64,000 nucleotides of DNA from an uncultured Marinoscillum sp. (GCA_902529805.1 CABZXU010000001.1:126084-190083), one strand, 5' to 3'; shown: positions 39,458 through 48,164, counted from the first letter of the stretch. The notes: a model not told the origin generated them from the letters alone. Numbers and translations: made by a program.

Positions 39458-42400
39458 TTGATGAGAAATTGGCTTATTATACTATTTCTATTTATAAACT
39501 ATATTTCTTTTTCTCAATCAAATATTTTAATTAAAAAACAGGATATTGATAATTTATCTTCAGAAAAAGTAAATTCTATATTTGTTGATAATAAAACATT
39601 TTCTTGGATAAGTACCCCTGAGGGATTAAATAGATTTGATGGAAAAAATAATACTGTTTTTAGATCCAATCCTTTTGATAGTACTACTATAATTGATAAT
39701 AATGTTTTTGGGGTTTTCCAAATAGATAATAATGGGGTCTTTGTTAAATCAAATGAAGGTCTAGATTATTTCAGTTATTCTGATTTTAATTTTAAGAGAA
39801 TTCAAGATAAGTCAAAACCAATTCATCATATTTTTAAAGAAAATAAATTATTTTTTTCAACAGAATCAGAGGGTTTATTTGTGTATGATTTAAGTAAAAA
39901 TCAAATTGATAATTTTAAGTTTGACCCGAGAAATCCACTTTCAATTTCTTCATCAAATTTTTCTGAAAACCAAAATCAGATTATAAAATTAATTAGAACA
40001 GATAATACATCTTCCGATTTGTGGTTAGGAACATTGTATGGACTTAATAAATTTAATCTGAATACAAAATCTTCTAAAAGATTTTATGAAAACTCTCAAG
40101 ATAATTCTCTTAATTCTAATATCATAAATGATATTTTTGATCTTGCAGATTCAACAATTTCATTAGATTCAGACCTATCAAGTAAACTTCTTATTTCGAC
40201 TGAAAATGGACTTTCAATGGTCGATAAATTAAGTAATAAAATAACTAATTATGAAAGTTTAAGAAATAATAAAATTTATAATATTTTTAAAATATCTACC
40301 ACTTTGCTTATTCATAAAAAAGATGGGGTTTTTAAAATTGAAAGTTTGAATGAAAATGAAATTAAGTTAAGTAAAATTTTTAACTCAAGAGATGAAATAA
40401 AAATAAAAATCATTAATGAAAACGAGTTTATTATTTTTAAAAAAAATACATCCAAATTTAATAGAATAGTATATTTCAATAATCAATTTATAGATATCCC
40501 TATTGAATTATCTAATAAAATTAATATTAATGACATAGGTAATTTTAATAGTTCATATTATGTTTCATCAAATTCTGGATTAATTAAAATTAACGAGAAA
40601 CTCGATAATATAAACAATGTTACATTAAATGAAATTGGACAAAATACTATTATTGCTTTTGCAGAAAATGATTATTATAAAGCGATATTATTATCAGATG
40701 GAAATTTATTATTGTACGAATATGAATCCTTAGTAAAAAAAATTAAAATAAAAGGATTTTCAAATGATTTGATTCTCAATACTGCTTTTCATCTTGAAGA
40801 AGATGAATTCATTGCTTTAGGAAATGAAAAATTACAAATAATTAATCTAAATGATTTTTCAATTGAGACATATGAAACTTCTAACGAAGGTTTTAATTCT
40901 ATTTTAGAAGGAAACATTGATAATTTAAAAACTATTAAAAGACAAAACTTAACAGGTAAAGAATTATGGATTTCCCTTAATAATGGGATTTCTATTTTAA
41001 ACTTAGATACGAAAGAGTTTAATAACTTTAAATTTAACCCAAGAAGTAAAAATAAATTTCCGCAAGGATTTTCATCTGTTATTATTTCAAACAAAAATGA
41101 AGTTTGGTTAACAAATAGCTCTACTGGATTATACAAATACGATGAAAATAATTTAGATGAAATCAATCATTATATTTTTGATATTAACGATAAAAAAAGT
41201 ATTACAAGTTCATCTTTGACTGATATTTATGAATATGATGATAAACTATACATCTCATCAAATGGTGACGGAATATTTATATATGAAAATGATTCAACCG
41301 GTTTTTTACATTTGACTATTGATAATGGATTATTATCTAATCAGGTTTTAAATTTTTTTGAAACCTATGAATATTTATTTGTTCTGACTGAACTTGGATT
41401 AAATTACTTTGACTATGAAGGAAATCTTAGAAATGTAAACGATGAAGATGGATTAATAGTTGGTAATTTTTTAAAAAATGGATTAAGTCTTTATAATGAT
41501 TTTCTATATGTTTATTCTAATAATCAAATTCAATCCATTGATATAAATAATATTTTTGTTGATAATGTAAAACCAATTATAAACATAACACAATCACTTA
41601 TGATTGATAATAATTTTGATAAGAGAAGTTATAAAATAAACAAAAATAAAATAAACCTAACTTATGATATTTCTAATATTGAACTTGTTTTATCATCTCC
41701 TTCTTATTATAAATCAAATAATACAACTATTCTTTATAAATTGTCTCCAATCAATGAAGATTGGCTAAGCTTAGGAAAAGAAAAAAACTTAATCATTCAA
41801 AGTTCGAGTTGGTCAAATAGTTTTGTAAATGGAAATAAAATACTTGTTCCATTTGGGAATTATAAATTAGAAATTAAGTCATCTAATAGTTCAGGAATAG
41901 AAAGTTCAAATCTTCTTTCATATGATTTAAGTGTAACACCTCCATGGTACCTAACTCAAATGGCATTCTTTTCCTATTTGATAATTTTAGGGTCATCAAT
42001 TTATTTTTATGTAAAATATAGTCAGGGAAAGACAAAAAGACTTATGGAAGAAAAAAGAAAAGAGGAAGAACTTCAAGAAGCGCATAACCTTCAAATGGGT
42101 TTACTTGCTAAAGAAAACCCAAATAGAGATGATTTAGATATAAGTACATATATAAGATGTGCAACTGAGGTTGGAGGAGATTATTATGATTTTATTGAAT
42201 TTGAAGACGGAAGTTTATTGGCCATATGTGGAGATGCTACTGGACATGGAACTGCATCTGGAATGATGGTTTCAATAACAAAAGCAGGACTTCTTGGAAT
42301 TGATTCAAACGATCCGGAATTTATGCTAAAAACATTAAATAGAATAATAAAAAAAGTAGATATAGGTAGATTAAGAATGAGCTTAAATCTTGTTCATTTT

Positions 42401-42775
42401 CAAAATGGAAGTATTAAACTTAGTTCTGCTGCAATGCCACCAATATATCATTTTGAAAAGAAGAATAAAAAAGTAGATGAAATTCAATTATCAAATCTTC
42501 CTTTAGGAGGATTAATGAATGAAAGTTTTTCAGTAATTGATAAAAAGTTTGGGAAAGATGATGTGTTGGTAATGATTTCTGATGGGTTACCTGAAGCTCC
42601 AAATAAAAAAGGAGAGCTGCTGGATTATGAAGCTGTAAAAAAATGCATTGAAGAGAATGGTTATAAATCAGCAAATGAAATTAAAAATGAACTAGTTAAA
42701 TTATCAGAAACTTGGTTAGATGGGATTCATAACCCTGATGATATAACAATTGTTGTCTGCAAGAAAAAGGTTTAA
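39458..42775 (+). CDS. Membrane sensor: periplasmic two-component-regulator-propeller/Y_Y_Y-like region + TM + PP2C (SpoIIE/RsbU-type) phosphatase
   Basis: 1105 aa. Propeller-type repeats recur (WISTPEGLNRFD, WLGTLYGLNKFN, WISLNNGISILN, WLTNSSTGLYKYD). A single TM segment MAFFSYLIILGSSIYFYV is encoded at about 41960-42015. PP2C motifs GGDYYDF, GDATGHG and ISDGL are present. Confidence 0.8.
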   Translation: MMRNWLIILFLFINYISFSQSNILIKKQDIDNLSSEKVNSIFVDNKTFSWISTPEGLNRFDGKNNTVFRSNPFDSTTIIDNNVFGVFQIDNNGVFVKSNEGLDYFSYSDFNFKRIQDKSKPIHHIFKENKLFFSTESEGLFVYDLSKNQIDNFKFDPRNPLSISSSNFSENQNQIIKLIRTDNTSSDLWLGTLYGLNKFNLNTKSSKRFYENSQDNSLNSNIINDIFDLADSTISLDSDLSSKLLISTENGLSMVDKLSNKITNYESLRNNKIYNIFKISTTLLIHKKDGVFKIESLNENEIKLSKIFNSRDEIKIKIINENEFIIFKKNTSKFNRIVYFNNQFIDIPIELSNKININDIGNFNSSYYVSSNSGLIKINEKLDNINNVTLNEIGQNTIIAFAENDYYKAILLSDGNLLLYEYESLVKKIKIKGFSNDLILNTAFHLEEDEFIALGNEKLQIINLNDFSIETYETSNEGFNSILEGNIDNLKTIKRQNLTGKELWISLNNGISILNLDTKEFNNFKFNPRSKNKFPQGFSSVIISNKNEVWLTNSSTGLYKYDENNLDEINHYIFDINDKKSITSSSLTDIYEYDDKLYISSNGDGIFIYENDSTGFLHLTIDNGLLSNQVLNFFETYEYLFVLTELGLNYFDYEGNLRNVNDEDGLIVGNFLKNGLSLYNDFLYVYSNNQIQSIDINNIFVDNVKPIINITQSLMIDNNFDKRSYKINKNKINLTYDISNIELVLSSPSYYKSNNTTILYKLSPINEDWLSLGKEKNLIIQSSSWSNSFVNGNKILVPFGNYKLEIKSSNSSGIESSNLLSYDLSVTPPWYLTQMAFFSYLIILGSSIYFYVKYSQGKTKRLMEEKRKEEELQEAHNLQMGLLAKENPNRDDLDISTYIRCATEVGGDYYDFIEFEDGSLLAICGDATGHGTASGMMVSITKAGLLGIDSNDPEFMLKTLNRIIKKVDIGRLRMSLNLVHFQNGSIKLSSAAMPPIYHFEKKNKKVDEIQLSNLPLGGLMNESFSVIDKKFGKDDVLVMISDGLPEAPNKKGELLDYEAVKKCIEENGYKSANEIKNELVKLSETWLDGIHNPDDITIVVCKKKV

Positions 42776-42777
42776 AA

Positions 42778-44346
42778 TTATTTATGTTTATAAACCCAAA
42801 CATCAATAGGTTTTGATTTACCTTTAACTTGTATTGGGGAAATTTCTTTAAATTTATAATCATCAGTAAGTGATTTTTTTACATATTTAGAAATCAATAT
42901 TTCACCAGACTTAGCATGTGAACAAAGCCTAGCCCCAAGATTTATAGTATCGCCAATAACTGTATAATTCATTTGTTGTTCTGAACCTATATTACCCGAT
43001 ACCGCTTTTCCTTTATTGATTCCAATGCCTATTTTAAAAGGTTCAAAACCATCCTTTACTATTTTAGAGTTAAATTTATCAAGAGACTTAAACATTTCAA
43101 TAGCAGTTTTAATAGCATTTTCTGTGTCATTTTCATTTTTTAATGGCACTCCATATAATACCATTAATTCATCCCCAACAATTTTATCTAATGTACCATT
43201 AAATTTAAACACAACATCAATCATTGATTGAAAATACTTATTTAATAGTTTAACAATCTGCTTGGGACTTAACTTTTCTGACATACTAGTAAATCCTCTT
43301 ATATCAGAAAAAAGAATAGTAATTTCACTTTCTTCACCACCGAGATTTAGAGAATTTTCATTTTCTAAAAGTTTATCTACAATATTTTTTGATACATATT
43401 TTTTAAACGTAGATTTTACTTTATTAATCTTCGAAAGATCATCCATTGCTATAACAATTCCCGAAAAAGACTTCCCTTCATCAAATACAGGAGAACAAGA
43501 TAAATTTATACTAATGTTTTTAGATTTAGATTTTAAATTAAATTCGGATTCAAATATTCTTTTTTGCTCTGATTCTACTTTTTGAATTAAATCAATTAAT
43601 AAATTGTTTTTTTCGAAAATTATAAAAAAATGATTTCCAATCACTTCATTTTCATCTTTTTTAAGTAATCTAAGGGCTTCCTTATTAGTGAACTCAATTT
43701 CACCAAATAAATTAATTTCTACAATTCCAGTAGTAATAGAAGACATTATGTTTTCATTAAGCTTGTTGGATTTTTTTAATGACTCAAGTAGTTTAACATT
43801 TTGAAATGCAATACTTGTTTGAATTGAGATTGCTTCCAAAAGCTTTAGATCATTTTTCTCAAAATTTATAATACCATCACGAGATTCTTTATCAAATAAA
43901 ATGATTGCTCCAACTAATTTATTATTATATAAAATTGGGCTAGTTAATGCTTTTTTAGAATCAAATAATTCATGATTAAAATCATCTTTACTAGTAACTA
44001 TAAATGATTTTTTTTCTTTATTTAATTTTTTTAAAAAACCAGATCTAGTATTGAAAATTTGCTTTTTAATATTTTCTTCTTCTATATTAAAAGATGATAC
44101 GGTATCAAAAATATTTGAAACATCATTTTTGATTAAAACAATTCCCTTAGAAGAATTTATAATTGAAGAAGATAAAGTTAAAACATTAAAAAAAAGTTCA
44201 TTAAGATCATCAAGAGAATTTATTGTATTAGTTAGATCTAAAAGGGTTTCTAACTCTAAATATTTTTCATTTAAGGATTTATTTTTTTTTAATAGTTGAT
44301 TTTCTAAATCTTCTATAGATTTTTTTGAAGAAATGGGTGAAACCAT
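42778..44346 (-). CDS. Coiled-coil/GAF/PAS sensor class III adenylate cyclase
   Basis: 522 aa. The C-terminal cyclase domain has metal-binding Asp in FSDIRGFT and GDELMV. The purine-specifying Lys in LDKIVGDE and Thr in NYTVIGD fit an ATP-specific class IIIb enzyme. GDTINLGARL is also present. Confidence 0.8.
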   Translation of the reverse strand: MVSPISSKKSIEDLENQLLKKNKSLNEKYLELETLLDLTNTINSLDDLNELFFNVLTLSSSIINSSKGIVLIKNDVSNIFDTVSSFNIEEENIKKQIFNTRSGFLKKLNKEKKSFIVTSKDDFNHELFDSKKALTSPILYNNKLVGAIILFDKESRDGIINFEKNDLKLLEAISIQTSIAFQNVKLLESLKKSNKLNENIMSSITTGIVEINLFGEIEFTNKEALRLLKKDENEVIGNHFFIIFEKNNLLIDLIQKVESEQKRIFESEFNLKSKSKNISINLSCSPVFDEGKSFSGIVIAMDDLSKINKVKSTFKKYVSKNIVDKLLENENSLNLGGEESEITILFSDIRGFTSMSEKLSPKQIVKLLNKYFQSMIDVVFKFNGTLDKIVGDELMVLYGVPLKNENDTENAIKTAIEMFKSLDKFNSKIVKDGFEPFKIGIGINKGKAVSGNIGSEQQMNYTVIGDTINLGARLCSHAKSGEILISKYVKKSLTDDYKFKEISPIQVKGKSKPIDVWVYKHK

Positions 44347-44355
44347 TTAATAAAT

Positions 44356-44700
44356 TTAAGAAAGTTTTTCTAAAGCCGAATCAACTGAATCGTAGACCTC
44401 ACAATACTTAGTTATACCCATAATGTTAAAGGTTTTTTCAACAATACCAGCAAGATTAGTAAATGCCATAACTCCATTTACAACCTGTAATTTTTCAATA
44501 ATTTCAATAAGAATGGATACACCAATACTGTTTACAACCTTTGAATCATTCATGTCCACTAAAAATTTAGTGCTTCCAGATTCCATTTTTTCAGTAAATA
44601 CTTCTAAAACAGCTTCTCCAGCAAGATTATTAAAATAACCAGCGGTACTAATTATTATTACACCATCTTTTTCTTCAACATTTTTTATAGAATCACTCAT
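44356..44700 (-). CDS. STAS-domain anti-sigma-factor antagonist (RsbV/SpoIIAA-like)
   Basis: 114 aa with a STAS fold pattern. The candidate phosphorylatable Ser lies in VVNSIGVSIL. Confidence 0.8.
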   Translation of the reverse strand: MSDSIKNVEEKDGVIIISTAGYFNNLAGEAVLEVFTEKMESGSTKFLVDMNDSKVVNSIGVSILIEIIEKLQVVNGVMAFTNLAGIVEKTFNIMGITKYCEVYDSVDSALEKLS

Positions 44701-45127
44701 TATCTCTTTTTTTAGTCATTGTTACAGTTGTACCTGATTCATCACTATTATATTCAACCGAGTCCATTAATTCAGAAACAAGTTGAAGACCCCACCCCCT
44801 TTTTCTTTCATCAGAATTTAATTTATTTTCAATATTAGGTATTTCCACTTTAGATTTATCAAAACCAACTCCTTTGTCAATAACTTTTACAGTTAATTTA
44901 TCTGGTTCAACAATAAAGTGAATAAAAATTTCCTTAGTCTTTGAATGTTCAAATGCATTAATACATGATTCAATTAGGGCCATACTAATCTCAGCAGATT
45001 TTTCTTCAGAAAGATTCATATGCTTAGATATAACCTCAGCAGTCTTAGTTGCTGATAGTTCTATATCTGGAATTACTGGTAATTTTAATTCAACTACTGG
45101 CTCTTTTCCCATAAAATTTTTACTCAT
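44693..45127 (-). CDS. RsbW/SpoIIAB-like serine kinase (HATPase_c_2)
   Basis: 144 aa with N-box ESCINAFEH, G1 box DKGVGF and G2 box RGWGLQLV. It overlaps the STAS gene by 8 nt. Confidence 0.8.
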   Translation of the reverse strand: MSKNFMGKEPVVELKLPVIPDIELSATKTAEVISKHMNLSEEKSAEISMALIESCINAFEHSKTKEIFIHFIVEPDKLTVKVIDKGVGFDKSKVEIPNIENKLNSDERKRGWGLQLVSELMDSVEYNSDESGTTVTMTKKRDNE

Positions 45128-45241
45128 TTAAAAAGGTGTAATTTAATCCTTATCAAATTAATTATAAAGAAAATTTTACAAAAAATAATTATGTTTCTTT
45201 TTTTCATGAATTATCTACTATTTTAACAAAAAATAATAAAA

Positions 45242-45763
45242 ATGAAAAAAGGTAAAGTAAATCATGATGAAGTAGAAAACTATTGGGAGCTAATAAATTA
45301 TAATATACATCATATTAGTCATTCTGAATTGAAAGCATCGCTTATTCTAACTGCTTATGGAATAATTTTTGGCTTAGCTTACGATGTAAGCACTGAGTTT
45401 CCTATTAAAAACAATTTATTATATATATTTTATTTTTTAATTATATCGTTTATTTCCCTTACAATTATATCAATTGGATATTGTTTTAAAACATATATCC
45501 CAAGATTGAATAATAAACTTAAAAAATCAGTATTTTTTTTTCATGATATAAATTTCCATTATAAAACAGCAGAAAAATATTCAAAAAAACTTATAAAAGT
45601 TATGGAAGATGAAAGGGAGTTGAAACTATTACTTGCAGAACAGTCTTATATAAATGGTGTGATTGCTTCAAAAAAATATACAAATGTCACAAAAGCAATA
45701 AAATTTATGATTTACTCTCTTTCTGCTCTTTTTTCCCTTCTTATTTTTGAACTATTTGCTTAA
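45242..45763 (+). CDS. DUF5706 / Pycsar-effector-family membrane protein
   Basis: 173 aa with 3-4 TM segments. Motifs recalled for DUF5706 are present: HISHSELKASLIL (compare LSxxADxKAxIml), VFFFHDINF (compare NLLFFGNF) and a C-terminal KKYTNVTKAIKFMIYSL (compare KYryLritY). Confidence 0.6.
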   Translation: MKKGKVNHDEVENYWELINYNIHHISHSELKASLILTAYGIIFGLAYDVSTEFPIKNNLLYIFYFLIISFISLTIISIGYCFKTYIPRLNNKLKKSVFFFHDINFHYKTAEKYSKKLIKVMEDERELKLLLAEQSYINGVIASKKYTNVTKAIKFMIYSLSALFSLLIFELFA

Positions 45764-46360
45764 TTCTTCCAATTTTTTTTTTGCATATAATATATTTTTT
45801 TCTTTTTGTATATCTCCATTTTCTTTCATAAAATCAGTATAAAACTGATGAATACTTAGAAATTCTAATTGTTTATTGTAAAATTCTTCATCATTCTTAA
45901 CCACATTAAATTTAACCCATTCTTGTTTTAATTTTTCAGAAATATTTTCAAAATCTTTTGAGCCAAGATACTCTAAGTCTGAATCTCTTATAATTGATTC
46001 TAAATTATCTTTTGGAACAGCCAATGGCTTTGTTACTAATATTAACTTTTTTATTGATTCAATTGTTTTTTCATTATAATCATATTCTAATAATATTTTA
46101 CTTGAAAATTTAACCCCTATTTCTTCATGATTAATGTGAGATTCAATGAAACCATAATCATGTAATAAAGATGCCGTTAAAAGTGCTCTCCAATTTTCAT
46201 TATTAAGATCATAATTACTTCCTATTTTTAATGCTGATTTTATTACTCTTTTTGTATGAAATAAATTATGATAAAAATAATTTGGATTTAATTTTTCAGA
46301 CAAATCTCTAAATATCCTTTCAGACAATTTCTTAGGCACATAGTTTTTAAAAAAAAACAT
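45752..46360 (-). CDS. HD-domain metal-dependent phosphohydrolase
   Basis: 202 aa with the HD signature YHNLFHTKRV...LLHDYGF...RDSDL. Its 3' end overlaps the DUF5706 gene by 12 nt, convergently. Confidence 0.75.
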   Translation of the reverse strand: MFFFKNYVPKKLSERIFRDLSEKLNPNYFYHNLFHTKRVIKSALKIGSNYDLNNENWRALLTASLLHDYGFIESHINHEEIGVKFSSKILLEYDYNEKTIESIKKLILVTKPLAVPKDNLESIIRDSDLEYLGSKDFENISEKLKQEWVKFNVVKNDEEFYNKQLEFLSIHQFYTDFMKENGDIQKEKNILYAKKKLEELSK

Positions 46361-46395
46361 TTTGTAAATTAAGCTTGATTACAAATATAAAAATA

Positions 46396-46995
46396 ATGAA
46401 AACACCGCTAGTAAATCCAAAATATTCTAAAAACATCAAATTAAAAAAGCTAATTGATTTTTATAATGAAACGTTAGGTTTCTGTCCAAATAGTATAAAA
46501 ACAATGTATTTAAGACCTGAAATTGCATACTCTTTTATAGAATTAAATAAGGCGGTAATGAATAATAAAGGAAATGTAACTTCTGAATTGAAAAGAATGA
46601 TTGGTTTTATAAGTAGCAATGTATCAGGATGTAATTACTGTAAGGCCCATACCATTCGAGCTGCAGAAAGATATGGGGCAAGTAAAAAAAAAATAGAAAA
46701 CATATGGGAATATAAGACTTCAGATCTATTTACAAAAAAAGAAAAAATCGCATTAGAATTTGCATATAGAAGTTCAATAACTCCAAATGCAGTTGATGAT
46801 AACATAGCTAATGAATTAAGAAAATACTGGAAAGATGGTGAAATAGTAGAGATTCTTGGAGTAATTTCTTTATTTGGATTTTTGAACAGATGGAACGATT
46901 CCATGGGAACAGAGATTGAAAAACCGGCGTATGAATCTGGGAAAAAACTAATACCTAAAAAAAAATGGAATCCAAATAAACATATTTACAAATAA
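46396..46995 (+). CDS. Carboxymuconolactone decarboxylase (AhpD-like) family peroxidase-related protein
   Basis: CxxC motif CNYCKAHT. The start is taken at ATG 46396 (MKTPLVNP); the ORF track used an upstream TTG at 46375. Confidence 0.7.
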   Translation: MKTPLVNPKYSKNIKLKKLIDFYNETLGFCPNSIKTMYLRPEIAYSFIELNKAVMNNKGNVTSELKRMIGFISSNVSGCNYCKAHTIRAAERYGASKKKIENIWEYKTSDLFTKKEKIALEFAYRSSITPNAVDDNIANELRKYWKDGEIVEILGVISLFGFLNRWNDSMGTEIEKPAYESGKKLIPKKKWNPNKHIYK

Positions 46996-47001
46996 GATAA
47001 A

Positions 47002-47922
47002 ATGAATATAAATTATATATATCTAATTGTTATTTTTCAAGTTTTAGTTTCTTGTAACCTTAGTCAAAAAATAAATAATGATTATTTACCATCTCAAACT
47101 ACTGAAACAATAACACCATTAGGAGATACATTGATAAGCCCTAAATTGAAAGAAGGAAAATCATTAAATCAATTTAAATCTGCTCAAAAAAATTATATAA
47201 AAAATATAGATAATGCTGAATCCTTAATTTGGTATGGTAGAAGAACAGCTTATCTAGGTTATTATCAAGAAGCAATTAATTTGTATACTAAAGGAATAAA
47301 AAGCTATCCTAATGACCCACGTTTTTATCGACATAGAGGTCATAGATATATTTCAACTCGTCAATATGATAAAGCAATCAAAGATTTTCAAAAAGCAATT
47401 GAATTAGTTGCTGGTAATGTTGATCAAATTGAGCCCGATGGGTTACCTAATAAAAATAATATTCCATTGACTACGCTTCATGGTAATATTTGGTATCATC
47501 TTGGCTTAGCATATTACCTTAAAAATGATATGAAAAATGCTCTAAAAGCATATAGCAATAGAAGTGTAAGTCATAAATATGATGACAACATCGTTTCAAG
47601 TACACATTGGCTATATATGATAAATAGAAGACTCGGTAATATAAAAAGAGCTAACTCCATAATAGATAATATTAATAATGAAATGAATATTATAGAAAAT
47701 ATGAGCTATTACCAATCCTGTTTATTCTATAAAGGTGAAATTGAAGAGTCAGATCTTATTATTGATGACGTAGCATTGTACTCTTTGGGGAATTGGTATA
47801 TGTATGAAAAAAACGATTCATCAATTGCAAAAAAATATTATAAAGAATTACTTGATAAAGGAAACCCATACTCATTCGCTTATATTGCAGGAGAATCTGA
47901 CTGGACTAGATTTTTTGAATAA
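47002..47922 (+). CDS. TPR-repeat lipoprotein
   Basis: 306 aa with lipobox LVSC and TPR motifs (YYQEAINLYTKGIKSYPNDPRFYRHRGHRYISTRQYDKAIKDFQKAIEL). Confidence 0.65.
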   Translation: MNINYIYLIVIFQVLVSCNLSQKINNDYLPSQTTETITPLGDTLISPKLKEGKSLNQFKSAQKNYIKNIDNAESLIWYGRRTAYLGYYQEAINLYTKGIKSYPNDPRFYRHRGHRYISTRQYDKAIKDFQKAIELVAGNVDQIEPDGLPNKNNIPLTTLHGNIWYHLGLAYYLKNDMKNALKAYSNRSVSHKYDDNIVSSTHWLYMINRRLGNIKRANSIIDNINNEMNIIENMSYYQSCLFYKGEIEESDLIIDDVALYSLGNWYMYEKNDSSIAKKYYKELLDKGNPYSFAYIAGESDWTRFFE

Positions 47923-47930
47923 AAGAATTC

Positions 47931-47958
47931 AAAAAAAACCTCAGAAATTCTGAGGTTT
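47931..47958. terminator. Bidirectional hairpin terminator (strong for tRNA-Val, weaker for the TPR gene)
   Basis: Stem ACCTCAG/CTGAGGT (47938-47944 and 47950-47956) with loop AAATT. On the minus strand it is followed by U8 (plus-strand A-run 47931-47938); on the plus strand only TTT follows. Confidence 0.7.
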
Positions 47959-47964
47959 AAAATG

Positions 47965-48039
47965 TGGGCCCTGCTGGATTCGAACCAGCGACCCCCTGCT
48001 TGTAAGGCAGGTGCTCTGAACCAGCTGAGCTAAGAGCCC
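47965..48039 (-). tRNA. tRNA-Val (anticodon UAC)
   Basis: My manual cloverleaf from the reverse complement GGGCTCTTAGCTCAGCTGGTTCAGAGCACCTGCCTTACAAGCAGGGGGTCGCTGGTTCGAATCCAGCAGGGCCCA. It has a 7-bp acceptor stem, D stem GCTC/GAGC, anticodon stem CCTGC/GCAGG with loop CUUACAA, and a T arm GCTGG-TTCGAAT-CCAGC. CCA is not encoded. Confidence 0.9.
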
Positions 48040-48052
48040 AAACTTAAGTTTG

Positions 48053-48060
48053 CAAATATA
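48053..48060 (-). promoter_or_regulatory. Candidate -7 promoter box for tRNA-Val
   Basis: The minus strand reads TATATTTGCA (plus-strand tgcaaatata, 48051-48060). The box ends about 14 nt upstream of the tRNA 5' end. Confidence 0.5.
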
Positions 48061-48156
48061 ATTACCTTATTATGATTATAAATCATTTTTTTTTAAAAAT
48101 CGAAAGATTTTAAAAATCAGTTATATAACATATAAATTGTGATTATATTTTTTTTC

Positions 48157-48164
48157 TATATTTG
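48157..48164 (+). promoter_or_regulatory. Candidate -7 promoter box for the SnoaL-ABM lipoprotein gene
   Basis: TATATTTG (followed by CA) lies 27 nt upstream of ATG 48191. Confidence 0.45.

Noticed and set aside
42778-46360. Calling the cyclase + DUF5706 region a canonical Pycsar anti-phage system.
   Set aside because: Pycsar cyclases are small stand-alone enzymes adjacent to their effector. This cyclase is a 522-aa GAF-PAS signalling protein whose specificity residues (Lys/Thr) point to ATP. It is separated from the DUF5706 gene by a partner-switch pair and sits in a different transcription unit. From memory, HD-DUF5706 proteins are widespread core genes in Bacteroidota. It is kept only as a hypothesis, not as a defence-system call.
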